NCBI GenBank assembly: GCA_025463425.1
Contig: JAOBWQ010000068.1
Coordinates: forward strand, 1 to 50,787
DNA: 50,787 nucleotides
Reading direction: 5' to 3'
Source of the DNA: Ilumatobacteraceae bacterium
GTDB lineage: Bacteria; Actinomycetota; Acidimicrobiia; Acidimicrobiales; Ilumatobacteraceae
Below the pieces are notes generated by a model. That model searched no databases and had not been told where the DNA came from. It saw only the letters and a list, made by a program, of their open reading frames with translations. Both the position numbers and the translations under genes were made by a program. Positions 1-8,936 of the stretch are shown here, piece after piece. Position 1 is the stretch's first letter; each line of letters opens with the position of its first letter.

Positions 1-227
1 GAGCGCATGCCGCCGAGCCAAGCTCCGGTCGCGATCGCGATGCCTTCCTCCTCGGTGGTCAGCACGTTCGTGACCATGCCGTCATCGGCTGCGCAGAGGT
101 TGATCAAGGCCGTGTGACCGGCGTCGGGCACGTAGCTGACGTGCGTCACGCTGGCGCGTCGCAGCACCCCATGCACCTCGGCGGGCCAGCCAGGCTCCGC
201 CACTCGTTCCAACTCGTCGACGTTCAT
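1..227 (-). CDS. Thiamine-diphosphate enzyme, N-terminal (Pyr) domain, sulfopyruvate/phosphonopyruvate decarboxylase-like; 5' part only, gene runs off the window start
   Basis: Not in the ORF track because it is open at the window edge. My translation of the minus strand from ATG at comp(225..227) gives MNVDELERVAEPGWPAEVHGVLRRASVTHVSYVPDAGHTALINLCAADDGMVTNVLTTEEEGIAIATGAWLGGMR. The VPDxG...T.EEEG.AIA.GA.LGG pattern is typical of TPP_enzyme_N domains. Confidence 0.55.
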   Translation of the reverse strand, partial: MNVDELERVAEPGWPAEVHGVLRRASVTHVSYVPDAGHTALINLCAADDGMVTNVLTTEEEGIAIATGAWLGGMR

Positions 228-285
228 GCCCACACTTCTACCTCCGACGTTGCGGTCTGCCCCGATCGGGTCTAGCAAGGAGTGC

Positions 286-1440
286 GTGGATCCGGAACTG
301 ATCGCCGACATTCGCAGCGCTGTCGCCCAGCTCTGCGCGAACTTCGACGGTGCCTATTGGCAGCGGCTCGACCGCGACATGGTGTACCCCACCGAGTTCG
401 TCACCGCGCTGACCGAGGCAGGCTGGCTGTCGGTGCTGATCCCAGAGGAGCTCGGCGGGGGAGGGCTGCCGCTTTCGGCAGCAGCAGCCGTGCTCGAGGA
501 GATCCAGCGGTCGGGCTGCAACGGCGGCGCGTGTCACGCGCAGATGTACACGATGGGGACGATCCTGCGTCACGGTTCGGCCGAGCAGAAGCAGCGGTAC
601 CTGCCCGCGATCGCACGCGGCGAGCTGCGGATGCAAGCGTTCGGCGTGACGGAGCCGACCAGTGGCAGCAACACCGGAGCGCTGCGCACCCGGGCCGTGC
701 TCGACGGCGATCACTACGTCGTCAACGGCCAGAAGATCTGGACCAGTCGGGCCGAGCATTCGGACCTGATGGTGCTCCTCGCGCGCACCACACCGCTCAC
801 CGACGGGATGAAGCACACCGATGGTCTGTCGGTGCTGCTCGTCGACATGCGCGCAGCGGTGGGCAACGGGCTGACGATCCGACCGATCCGCACGATGATG
901 AACCATGCCACGACCGAGGTGTTCTTCGACGACCTCCGGGTGCCCGCCGAGACCCTGATCGGCGACGAGGGCCGCGGGTTCCGCTACATCCTGTCGGGGA
1001 TGAACGCCGAGCGGATCCTGATCGCTGCGGAGTGCGTCGGTGACGCGAAGTGGTTCATCGACAAGGCGGTCGCCTACGCCGGGCAGCGGTCCGTCTTCGG
1101 GCGGCCGATCGCCGAGCACCAGGGCGTCCAGTTCCCCATCGCTCGTGCTTATGCCAACATGCGCGCCGCCGAGCTGATGGTGAACGAGGCGCTCCACCGC
1201 TACGAGTCGGGCGGAGACTGCGGGGCTGAGGCCAACATGGCCAAGATGTTGGCCGCTGATGCCTCGTTCGAAGCCGCCAACGTGTGCATCCAGACCCACG
1301 GCGGGTTCGGGTTCGCCGAGGAGTACGACATCGAGCGGAAGTTCCGCGAGACCCGCCTGTACCAAGTCGCCCCGATCTCGACCAACCTGATCCTGTCGTA
1401 CCTGGGCGAGCACGTGCTCGGCATGCCCCGCTCCTACTGA
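286..1440 (+). CDS. Acyl-CoA dehydrogenase
   Basis: ORF 226..1440 shows ACAD-like sequence throughout (GVTEPTSGSN, VVNGQKIWTSRAEHSD, QTHGGFGFAEEYDIERKFRETRLYQVAPISTN). I prefer the GTG at 286 because AAGGAG lies at 277-282. The longest start at 226 would overlap the divergent gene's start codon. Confidence 0.9.
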   Translation: MDPELIADIRSAVAQLCANFDGAYWQRLDRDMVYPTEFVTALTEAGWLSVLIPEELGGGGLPLSAAAAVLEEIQRSGCNGGACHAQMYTMGTILRHGSAEQKQRYLPAIARGELRMQAFGVTEPTSGSNTGALRTRAVLDGDHYVVNGQKIWTSRAEHSDLMVLLARTTPLTDGMKHTDGLSVLLVDMRAAVGNGLTIRPIRTMMNHATTEVFFDDLRVPAETLIGDEGRGFRYILSGMNAERILIAAECVGDAKWFIDKAVAYAGQRSVFGRPIAEHQGVQFPIARAYANMRAAELMVNEALHRYESGGDCGAEANMAKMLAADASFEAANVCIQTHGGFGFAEEYDIERKFRETRLYQVAPISTNLILSYLGEHVLGMPRSY

Positions 1441-1479
1441 CGCCACGCTGAACAGCAACACCCCACCCGGAGGAAACAC

Positions 1480-2256
1480 ATGAGGTTCGAGAACAAGGTC
1501 GCCGTCGTCACCGGCGCAGCACAGGGCATCGGCCGAGCCTGCGCGGCGCGCCTGCTGGCCGAGGGCGCGAAGGTCGTGCTCGCCGACATCGCGGCCGACA
1601 CGCTGCGGTCCACCGCAGCCGAGCTGGAGCCGCCGGACCGAGTCCATGCGGTCGTGTCCGACGTGAGCAGCAAGGCTCAGGTCGACGCGCTGGTGGCGGA
1701 GGCCGTGGCCGTGTTCGGTGGGATCGACATCATGGTCAACAACGCCGGCATCGCGATGATGCAGGACCTCCTCGACATCAGCGAGGCCGACTACGAGGCC
1801 GTGCTCGCGGTCAACCTCAAGGGCCCGTTCCTCGGGGTGCAAGCCGCGGCGCGTCAGATGATCGCCCAGGGGAGAGGTGGGGTGATCATCAACATGTCGT
1901 CGATCAACTCTCGCCTGTCGAATCCGCGAGTGACGACCTATGCGATCTCCAAGGGTGGGCTCAACCAGCTCACCGGAACTGCGTCGATCGCCCTCGCTCC
2001 GCACGGCATCCGGGTGTGTGGGGTCGGTCCGGGCACGATCGCGACCGAGATGATCGCCGGATCGTTCATCCGCGACGAAGCTGAGCACCGGATGATCATG
2101 TCGCGGACGCCGGCGGGCCGGTTCGGGATGCCCGAGGAGGTCGCCGGTGTCGTCGCGTTCCTCGCCAGCGACGATGCCTCCTACATGACCGGCCAGACCG
2201 TCTATCCCGACGGCGGGCGCCTCGTGCTCAACTACACCGTGCCCGTCGAGGACTGA
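1480..2256 (+). CDS. Short-chain dehydrogenase/reductase (SDR)
   Basis: It has the TGAAQGIG cofactor motif, NNAG, and the catalytic YAISKGG (YxxxK) motif. Length is 258 aa and GGAGG-like AGGAAAC lies upstream. Confidence 0.92.
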   Translation: MRFENKVAVVTGAAQGIGRACAARLLAEGAKVVLADIAADTLRSTAAELEPPDRVHAVVSDVSSKAQVDALVAEAVAVFGGIDIMVNNAGIAMMQDLLDISEADYEAVLAVNLKGPFLGVQAAARQMIAQGRGGVIINMSSINSRLSNPRVTTYAISKGGLNQLTGTASIALAPHGIRVCGVGPGTIATEMIAGSFIRDEAEHRMIMSRTPAGRFGMPEEVAGVVAFLASDDASYMTGQTVYPDGGRLVLNYTVPVED

Positions 2257-2259
2257 TCG

Positions 2260-2742
2260 ATGCCGGAGATCTTCGACCACCTCCACCACATCTGCATCGT
2301 CGTCCGGGACATCGATCGCACCCAGGCCTCCTATGAGTCGATCGGGATCGGACCGTGGCAGTCGTATCCGCCGTTGACCGACTACACCGACCTCGAGGTG
2401 CCGAACCGCGAGGGATTCCTGGCGATGCAGTACCGCGTCTGCAACCTGCCCAACGTGCAGCTCCAGCTCTGCCAGCCGAACGACGACCCGAGCCCGCAGC
2501 GGATCTTCCTCGACACCAAGGGCGAAGGCGTGTTCCACATCGGCTTCGAGGTGCCAGATGCCGACTCGGCACGGACCGCGGCGCTGGCGACGGGTCTCGA
2601 GCCCTTGATGCACGGTCGAAGATCGAACGGCACCGGCTTCGACTACTACGCCACCGAGGAGTTGGCCGGTGTGGTGCTGCTGACCCGGTCGACCCCTCCG
2701 GCGCCAACTCCTCCGGCGTCCATCCCCCCGGCATCGACGTGA
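2260..2742 (+). CDS. VOC (glyoxalase/bleomycin-resistance/dioxygenase) family protein, methylmalonyl-CoA-epimerase-like
   Basis: HHICIVVRDIDRT ... GEGVFHIGFEV is the typical paired beta-alpha-beta-beta-beta VOC signature. It starts 4 nt after the SDR stop. Confidence 0.75.
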   Translation: MPEIFDHLHHICIVVRDIDRTQASYESIGIGPWQSYPPLTDYTDLEVPNREGFLAMQYRVCNLPNVQLQLCQPNDDPSPQRIFLDTKGEGVFHIGFEVPDADSARTAALATGLEPLMHGRRSNGTGFDYYATEELAGVVLLTRSTPPAPTPPASIPPAST

Positions 2743-3566
2743 ACGCCTGGGAGGGGTGGATCGGAACCAGCCACACGACCTCCGCGACGCTGGATCCGGC
2801 GCCGGCCAACCGGATGGCCGTCACCATCGATCGCGAGCCGAGGTTCGCGGTGGGGGACGAGCTCCCGCCGGCGTGGCACTGGCTCTACTTCCACGACGTC
2901 GTGCGGGCCTCCCGCCTCGGCGCTGATGGTCATCCGGCGCTCGGCGAGACGATGCCTCCCGTGCCGCTGCCGCGCCGGATGTGGGCCGGCGGCGACCTCA
3001 TGTTCACCGCACCCATGCGGCTCGGCGCGACCGCCGCGCGCACGTCCACCTTTCGGGACATCACCGAGAAGCAGGGTCGAACGGGCCCGCTGTACTTCGT
3101 CACCGTCGAGCACGACATCCACGTCGACGGCACGCTGGCCCTCGCCGAGACGCAGACCATCGTCTACCGCGAGATGCCGACAGGCCCTGCCCGGGTCTCC
3201 GGTCCACCTGCGCCCGAGGACGCACAGTTCGTCGAGACCTGGCAGTTCGACAGCACCGCCCTCTTCCGGTACTCGGCGCTGACGTTCAACGGTCACCGCA
3301 TCCACTACGACGCCGACTACGCACGCTCCGTCGAGGGCTACCCGAACGTCGTCATCCACGGCCCGTTGTTGGCCACGCTGTTGATCGACCTGGCGGTCCG
3401 TCGGCTGGGACCGCTGCGTTCGTTCCGGTACCGGGCCGAGTCGCCGCTGTTCCTCCCGGACGCCTTCACGATCAACGCCGGCCCCGAGGGAGACACGACG
3501 ACGTTGTGGGCCGCCTCTGCCGATGGTCGCCTGGCGATGTCTGCCGAGGCCACAGGGTTGTCCTGA
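2739..3566 (+). CDS. MaoC-like (hot-dog fold) acyl-CoA hydratase, mesaconyl/itaconyl-CoA hydratase-like
   Basis: The C-terminal two thirds of ORF 2355..3566 carry PPAWHWLYF ... FRYSALTFNGHRIHYDADYA ... VVIHGPLLATLL, typical of HTD2/FAS1-like dehydratases. The GTG at 2739 overlaps the VOC stop as GTGA, which suggests translational coupling. Confidence 0.75.
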   Translation: MNAWEGWIGTSHTTSATLDPAPANRMAVTIDREPRFAVGDELPPAWHWLYFHDVVRASRLGADGHPALGETMPPVPLPRRMWAGGDLMFTAPMRLGATAARTSTFRDITEKQGRTGPLYFVTVEHDIHVDGTLALAETQTIVYREMPTGPARVSGPPAPEDAQFVETWQFDSTALFRYSALTFNGHRIHYDADYARSVEGYPNVVIHGPLLATLLIDLAVRRLGPLRSFRYRAESPLFLPDAFTINAGPEGDTTTLWAASADGRLAMSAEATGLS

Positions 3567-3580
3567 GCCTGCGGCGAGCG

Positions 3581-5122
3581 TCAGCCGTGTTCGGGTTCGT
3601 TCCGGAGTTGCTCGCGCAGGTCGCGCTTGACGACCTTGCCGTAGTTGTTGGTCGGCAGGGAGTCCACGAACCGGTAGGCCTTGGGCCGCTTGTACCGGGC
3701 GATGCTCTCGAGGCACGTGCGATCCAGGTCGTCAGCGTCCGGCGCGGCGGCGCCCGAGGCGACGACGAACGCCACCACTGCTTCGCCCCACTCCGGGTCT
3801 GGCCGGCCGACGACCGCGACGGCACCCACGCCGGGGTGGCGCAGGAGCGCCTCCTCGACCTCGCGGGGGTAGATGTTCATCCCACCACGGATGATCAGGT
3901 CCTTGGACCGGTCGCGCAGGGTCAGGTACCCGCCGGCGTCGAAGCTGCCGACGTCGCCGGTGTGCAGCCAGCCGCCTCGGAGCGCTTCAGCGCTGGCCTC
4001 GGGCTCGTTCCAGTAGCCGGGCATGACCACCTCGCCGCGCACCACGACCTCGCCCACCTCGCCTGCGGGCAGCTCGTTGTCCTCGTCGTCGACGACCCGC
4101 ACCTCGACATCGGTGCGGGCCGTGCCGACGCTCTGCAGGCGCTCCTGCCAGTTGGGATGGTCGACGTCGGCGTGGTCGGCCTTCGACAGGGCGGTGATCG
4201 TCATCGGCGTCTCCCCCTGCCCGTAGATCTGGGCCAGTCGGGGACCGAACACGCCGAGGGCGGCTTCGAGATCGGCGAGGTACATCGGTGCCCCGCCGTA
4301 GATGATCGTTTTCAGGTTGGCGAGGTCGGCAGCTGTGATCGATGGGTCGCCGGTCAGCCGCTTGATCATCGTCGGAGCGGCAAAGAACGACACACCCTTC
4401 CAGCGCTGGAGGAGCGCAGCGATCTCGTCGCCGTCGACGCCTCCGGAGTGGGGCACGACGCTGACTGCGCCACGCGCGATGTGGGGGAGTCCGTACAGCC
4501 CCGAGCCGTGCGAGATCGGCGCGGCGTGGACGATGCTGTCCTGCGCCGACACGGGGTCGATGTCGGCGAAGTAGCTGAGCGATGCCATCAGCAGGTTGCG
4601 GTTGGTGAGCGTCGCGCCCTTGGGCCTCCCCGTCGTGCCGCTCGTGTAGAACAGCCAGGCAGGATCCTGCGCCTGCCGTTCGACGAGTGGGGTCGGCGCT
4701 GATGCCGTGAGCCGATCCCAACGTTCACCTGGTGCCACGACCGCTGCCCGCAGCGACTCGACCGAGTCGACGAGCAACTCGACGTCGTCGGCATGGTCGG
4801 CGTCGGTGAGCGCGACGGCTGAGCCGCTGTGCCCGAGGATGTAGGCGATCTCGTCGCGGTGCAGACGAGCGTTGACCGGCACGGCCACGAGACCCGCGTG
4901 CCAGATCGCGAACAGCGCTTCGAGGTACTCGGGGCGGTTGCGCATCACGATCGCGACGCGGTCGCCCGGCACGAGGCCGAGGTCGTCGCGCAGGCCGGCG
5001 GCCGCGGCGGCCGTGCGGACCGCGAACGTGGCCCACGTGGCGTGAACACGCTCACCGTCTGCCAACGCTGGGTCGTCGGGCCGTGCCCGGCCGTGACGTT
5101 CCACCCACACGGCAGGGTTCAC
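3581..5122 (-). CDS. AMP-dependent acyl-CoA synthetase/ligase
   Basis: It has the AMP-binding signature YTSGTTGRPKG, GYWN, TGD and a C-terminal KVVKRDL-type lysine. Length is 513 aa. Confidence 0.93.
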   Translation of the reverse strand: MNPAVWVERHGRARPDDPALADGERVHATWATFAVRTAAAAAGLRDDLGLVPGDRVAIVMRNRPEYLEALFAIWHAGLVAVPVNARLHRDEIAYILGHSGSAVALTDADHADDVELLVDSVESLRAAVVAPGERWDRLTASAPTPLVERQAQDPAWLFYTSGTTGRPKGATLTNRNLLMASLSYFADIDPVSAQDSIVHAAPISHGSGLYGLPHIARGAVSVVPHSGGVDGDEIAALLQRWKGVSFFAAPTMIKRLTGDPSITAADLANLKTIIYGGAPMYLADLEAALGVFGPRLAQIYGQGETPMTITALSKADHADVDHPNWQERLQSVGTARTDVEVRVVDDEDNELPAGEVGEVVVRGEVVMPGYWNEPEASAEALRGGWLHTGDVGSFDAGGYLTLRDRSKDLIIRGGMNIYPREVEEALLRHPGVGAVAVVGRPDPEWGEAVVAFVVASGAAAPDADDLDRTCLESIARYKRPKAYRFVDSLPTNNYGKVVKRDLREQLRNEPEHG

Positions 5123-5351
5123 CGCACCCTCCCCGCGTCGATCGTGAGGTTCCTGTACGGGGAGCGCATGAGATGAGCCACGTCGGCAGAGTAACTCCGC
5201 CGGTGCCGAGGCCGGCTGCCCGTCGACGTGTCACCTGGCCGGGTCTGACTCCGACTCGGCACGGGTAGAAGCGGTCTCGCCCCCCGACCACGAACGGAAC
5301 CGACCATGAACCACCCGACGACTTCCACCCCGGCGAAGAGGTAGCTGAGCC

Positions 5352-6323
5352 GTGCGGGAGAACGTTCCATCGAGTCGACGGATCGGCCTGGTGCTCGGGG
5401 CCGGAGGCACCGTCGGCTGTGCCTACCACGCAGGGGTGATCTCCAGCCTCGAACACCACTTGGGCTGGGACGCGCGCCAGGCGACGTCGATCGTCGGCAC
5501 CAGCGCGGGCAGCCTCGTCGGGGCACTGCTGCGGTGCGACGTCGGGCCGGCTGATCTCGTCGCCCTCAGCCGTGGCACGACGCTCGACGAGTTCGGCACG
5601 GATGCCTTCACCCACCTGCGCCAGGCCACGGCCCGTCGAACACCCGGGTTGGTCGACCTCGCCCGCGGTGTCCGAGCGCCGAGCGTGCTCGGACTGTTGC
5701 GCACGTTGCGTCATCGCTCCGTGCGTCCCGCGCTGCTGTCGATGATGAGCGGCGCACGTGAGGACCTGTCCGAATCCGTGGCGGACCTGGATGCCCTCAT
5801 CGGCAGCGCTTGGCCGACGGCGGATCTGCGGATCTGCACCGTCGATGCGAACACCGGCCTGCGCTACGTGGTCGACCGGGCTTCGGGCATCTCGCTGGGC
5901 ACCGCGGTCGCGGCGTCGTGCGCGGTGCCAGGCGTCTTCGCTGCACAGCGCGCGAACGGTCGACGACTGGTCGACGGCGGCGTCCATTCGGCGACCAACC
6001 TCGACGCGCTCGAGCTTGATGCGCTCGACGAGGTCTGGGTCATCGCACCGATGGCGGGTCGGACGTTCCACCAGCTGCCCACTCGACACATCCAACGGTT
6101 CATCGCCGCCCAGCTCGGCCGCGAGTTGCGGTCCGTTCCCAAGGGGATGCCGGTCCGGATGTTCGTGCCCGGGCGGGAAGCGTCAACGGCGATCGGCATC
6201 GACCTGATGGCGACCGATCGAGCGGATCGCACGATCCTCGCCGGATTCCTGGAGACCGGCGACCAGGTCTCGTCCGCGCGAGATGACCCGAAGCCGGTCG
6301 CCCCCGGCCTGCTCGCCTCGTAG
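5352..6323 (+). CDS. Patatin-like phospholipase
   Basis: It has the GxGxxG oxyanion motif (GLVLGAGGTVG), the serine nucleophile GTSAGS, and the catalytic Asp in VDGG. Confidence 0.88.
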   Translation: MRENVPSSRRIGLVLGAGGTVGCAYHAGVISSLEHHLGWDARQATSIVGTSAGSLVGALLRCDVGPADLVALSRGTTLDEFGTDAFTHLRQATARRTPGLVDLARGVRAPSVLGLLRTLRHRSVRPALLSMMSGAREDLSESVADLDALIGSAWPTADLRICTVDANTGLRYVVDRASGISLGTAVAASCAVPGVFAAQRANGRRLVDGGVHSATNLDALELDALDEVWVIAPMAGRTFHQLPTRHIQRFIAAQLGRELRSVPKGMPVRMFVPGREASTAIGIDLMATDRADRTILAGFLETGDQVSSARDDPKPVAPGLLAS

Positions 6324-6324
6324 C

Positions 6325-7182
6325 TCAGGCGGCGACGGCGCGGAGCGGGCGCTTGCAGACGCACAGGGCCACCGTCGAAGCGGCCGACGCCATCGCCAGG
6401 GACCACGCCCTTCGGCTGCGGCCGACGCGAGCTGCACCCACGAGCGCCGCAAGGGTCATCGTGTTCGCGGCAACGAGTGCTCGCTGGACCGGAGGTACGG
6501 GATGTCCGCCGAAGGCGGCGACCACCGCCAACGATCCGGCGAGCATCGCTGCGCCACCGTAGAGAGCGCGTGTCGGACCGAGCCGTTGTGGCAAGCCACG
6601 CACCGATGTGAGCGTGTCGGCCTCGACGTCGGGGAGGACGTTGATGAAGTGGGCTCCGGCGCCGAGCAGTGCTGCTGCGGCGATCGTCCACGTGGGCGGC
6701 AGACTCGGCTTCTCTGCCGAGAGCGTCACGAACGCCGGCAACGCCCCGAAGGCAGCGACGTACGGCGCGACGCTGAACGGCGTCCGCTTGAGACCGAGGT
6801 TGTATGCCAGTCCGCTGCCCACCGCCGCGAGGTGCACGGCAGCCGCGCGTCGACCCGCGAGCAACGAGAGCGGGATGCACGCGATCGCAGCAGCGACGGC
6901 CGCGTCGCGGACCACGTTCGGCGCCACCAGGCCTGCGACGATCGGCTTGTCCGTTCGCCGGGCGACGGTGTCTCGCGACCGATCGATGAAGTCGTTGCTC
7001 CAGCCAACGGCGAGCTGACCGCACAACACCGCGGCCCCGATCGCGTACGAGCGGCGCCCCTGATCGGCGGAGACAGCGAGTGCTGTCGTGAAGCCCGTCA
7101 CGGCGAGTGTCGGCTGCAGGTGGCACGCCTGGAGCAGCCCGCGAACCGTCGTCGAGGCGTGCGGGGATCCCAGGTCGCTCAC
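6325..7182 (-). CDS. UbiA-family aromatic prenyltransferase (membrane)
   Basis: It carries the NDFIDRSRD (NDxxDxxxD) motif and multiple hydrophobic helices. Length is 285 aa. Confidence 0.8.
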   Translation of the reverse strand: MSDLGSPHASTTVRGLLQACHLQPTLAVTGFTTALAVSADQGRRSYAIGAAVLCGQLAVGWSNDFIDRSRDTVARRTDKPIVAGLVAPNVVRDAAVAAAIACIPLSLLAGRRAAAVHLAAVGSGLAYNLGLKRTPFSVAPYVAAFGALPAFVTLSAEKPSLPPTWTIAAAALLGAGAHFINVLPDVEADTLTSVRGLPQRLGPTRALYGGAAMLAGSLAVVAAFGGHPVPPVQRALVAANTMTLAALVGAARVGRSRRAWSLAMASAASTVALCVCKRPLRAVAA

Positions 7183-7308
7183 GCCGATGGTCTACCCCAG
7201 CGCAGCGCCACCGAGACGCACACGAGCTGCGCGCGAAGCCGTCGGTCGCGGTGGAGCGCTTGCAGTGGAGCTGGTCTGTCCCGTCTCGGCCGTGGGTACG
7301 CCTGTGCC

Positions 7309-8859
7309 ATGGCGGATGGACCCCAGACGACCACATCAACCGCATCGACCGCATCTGCCGCCGTGGACGAGTCGTTCGGCGCCGCCGAGGAAGCAGACAC
7401 TGTCCCTGCCGCCGCGGTCGAACGCGTGGTGCGCTCGGAGCGCGACCGAGGTCGGGCGGCCGGGTCTCCCACGCAGATCCCCGCACGTGGGATGCGCGAC
7501 GTGTTCGCACGAGTGCGCGTCGAGGTCAAAGGGGACCACATCCCGCTGCTCTCTGCGGGCATCGCGTTCTATGCGTTGTTGGCGCTTGCCCCGGCGCTGG
7601 TCGCAGTGATCTCGATCTACGGACTGGTCGCCAGCGCAGACCAGGTCCGCAGCCAGATCCTCAATGCCCTGTCGGCTGCCCCGCGCGAGGTGCGCGCCTT
7701 GGTGTCCACGCAGCTGGAGTCGATCGCGGCCTCGTCCGGGGCGACGACGATCATCGCTCTGGTGATCGGGATCATGGCCGCGCTCTGGTCGGCGTCGGCC
7801 GGTGTGGGGCACCTCATCGACGCGCTCAACGTCGCGTACGACGAGGAGGAGACGCGCGGGTTCGTGCGCGGCAAGGCCGTTGCGTTGGCGTTCACGGCGG
7901 GTGCCGTGCTGTTCGTCGCCGTGGCGTTCGTCGTGATCACCGTACTGCCGGCGTTGATCGCCAGCACCGGACTCGGCGCCGTGGGTCGGATCACGATCGG
8001 GATCGTGCGATGGATCGTGCTGCTCGCAGGCATGCAGCTCGGACTTGCCGTTCTCTACCGATACGGGCCGGATCGCGACCCGGCCAAGTGGCGCTGGGTG
8101 TCGCCGGGTGCGTTGATCGCCGCAGTCATGTGGATCCTCGGCTCGCTGTTGTTCTCGCTCTACACCGCCAACTTCGCCAAGTACAACGAGACCTACGGCT
8201 CGCTCGGCGCAGTGGTCGTCCTGATGCTCTGGTTGTTCCTGACCGCGCTCGCCGTGCTCGTCGGTGCCGAGATCAACGCCGAGATGGAACGGCAGACGGC
8301 ATTGGACACCACGGAGGGTCGACCACGACCGCTCGGCGAGCGACGAGCCCACGCCGCCGACACGGTCGGCGCTGCTGTCGGTGACGCGCACATCGTGGGC
8401 AATCGCGATGCGGCGCTGGTCGACGATGCCCTTCCCTCCTCGATCGGGGCCGACGAGATCCCGCTCCGCATCGCCGGCCTCGTCGGGCTCGCGGCCCGAT
8501 GTGTCGGGGTGCGATCCGACCGTGCCAGGGTCGTCATATCACGCACCACGATCACGGTTCGCTACGGGCGATGGGTGCTCGTGACGCCGCTGGCGAACAT
8601 CGTGTCGGTGGACGTCACCGGCCCGTACAAGACCTGGAAGGTCGCCGGCCCGCCCCACCTCTCGTTCAGTGATGCCGGCCTGACCTTCGCGACCAACCGC
8701 GACCGTGGTGTGTGCATCACCTTCGCCGACAGCGTGCCCGGGCTGCTGCCCTTCGGCCTCCTCCCACATCCGAGCCTGACGTTCACCGCGGCAGACCCGG
8801 ACCGAGTCGCCGAGATCCTCCGAACCCGGATCGATGGAGCGCTCGCAACGATCCCGTGA
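7309..8859 (+). CDS. YihY/BrkB-family membrane protein with an extra ~170-aa cytoplasmic C-terminal domain
   Basis: I start it at the internal ATG at 7309 (MADGPQ...) of ORF 6283..8859, because the upstream part is antisense to the UbiA gene. The core runs IPLLSAGIAFYALLALAPAL ... LVGAEINAEMERQ. The C-terminal extension runs from about aa 345. Confidence 0.8.
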   Translation: MADGPQTTTSTASTASAAVDESFGAAEEADTVPAAAVERVVRSERDRGRAAGSPTQIPARGMRDVFARVRVEVKGDHIPLLSAGIAFYALLALAPALVAVISIYGLVASADQVRSQILNALSAAPREVRALVSTQLESIAASSGATTIIALVIGIMAALWSASAGVGHLIDALNVAYDEEETRGFVRGKAVALAFTAGAVLFVAVAFVVITVLPALIASTGLGAVGRITIGIVRWIVLLAGMQLGLAVLYRYGPDRDPAKWRWVSPGALIAAVMWILGSLLFSLYTANFAKYNETYGSLGAVVVLMLWLFLTALAVLVGAEINAEMERQTALDTTEGRPRPLGERRAHAADTVGAAVGDAHIVGNRDAALVDDALPSSIGADEIPLRIAGLVGLAARCVGVRSDRARVVISRTTITVRYGRWVLVTPLANIVSVDVTGPYKTWKVAGPPHLSFSDAGLTFATNRDRGVCITFADSVPGLLPFGLLPHPSLTFTAADPDRVAEILRTRIDGALATIP

Positions 8860-8936
8860 CGTGTCCACCCTGCGATTCAAGTGCTGCGGGGCATGTGTCG
8901 ATACCTGCTGTGGTTGGCTGAGGGGAGGTTGGAGTC

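Noticed and set aside
238-2613. A 791-aa ORF on the minus strand. Other very long antisense or alternate-frame ORFs include 2981..4702(+), 5864..7510(-), 12155..13462(-), 23115..24785(+), 25013..26014(-), 27666..29087(-), 34953..36308(+), 39202..40323(+) and 40534..41781(+).
   Set aside because: They lie opposite or out of frame to genes with clear family signatures. They are Arg/Gly/Asp/His/Val-rich with no recognisable motifs. This is the expected stop-codon-poor shadow frame of about 70 % GC coding DNA.
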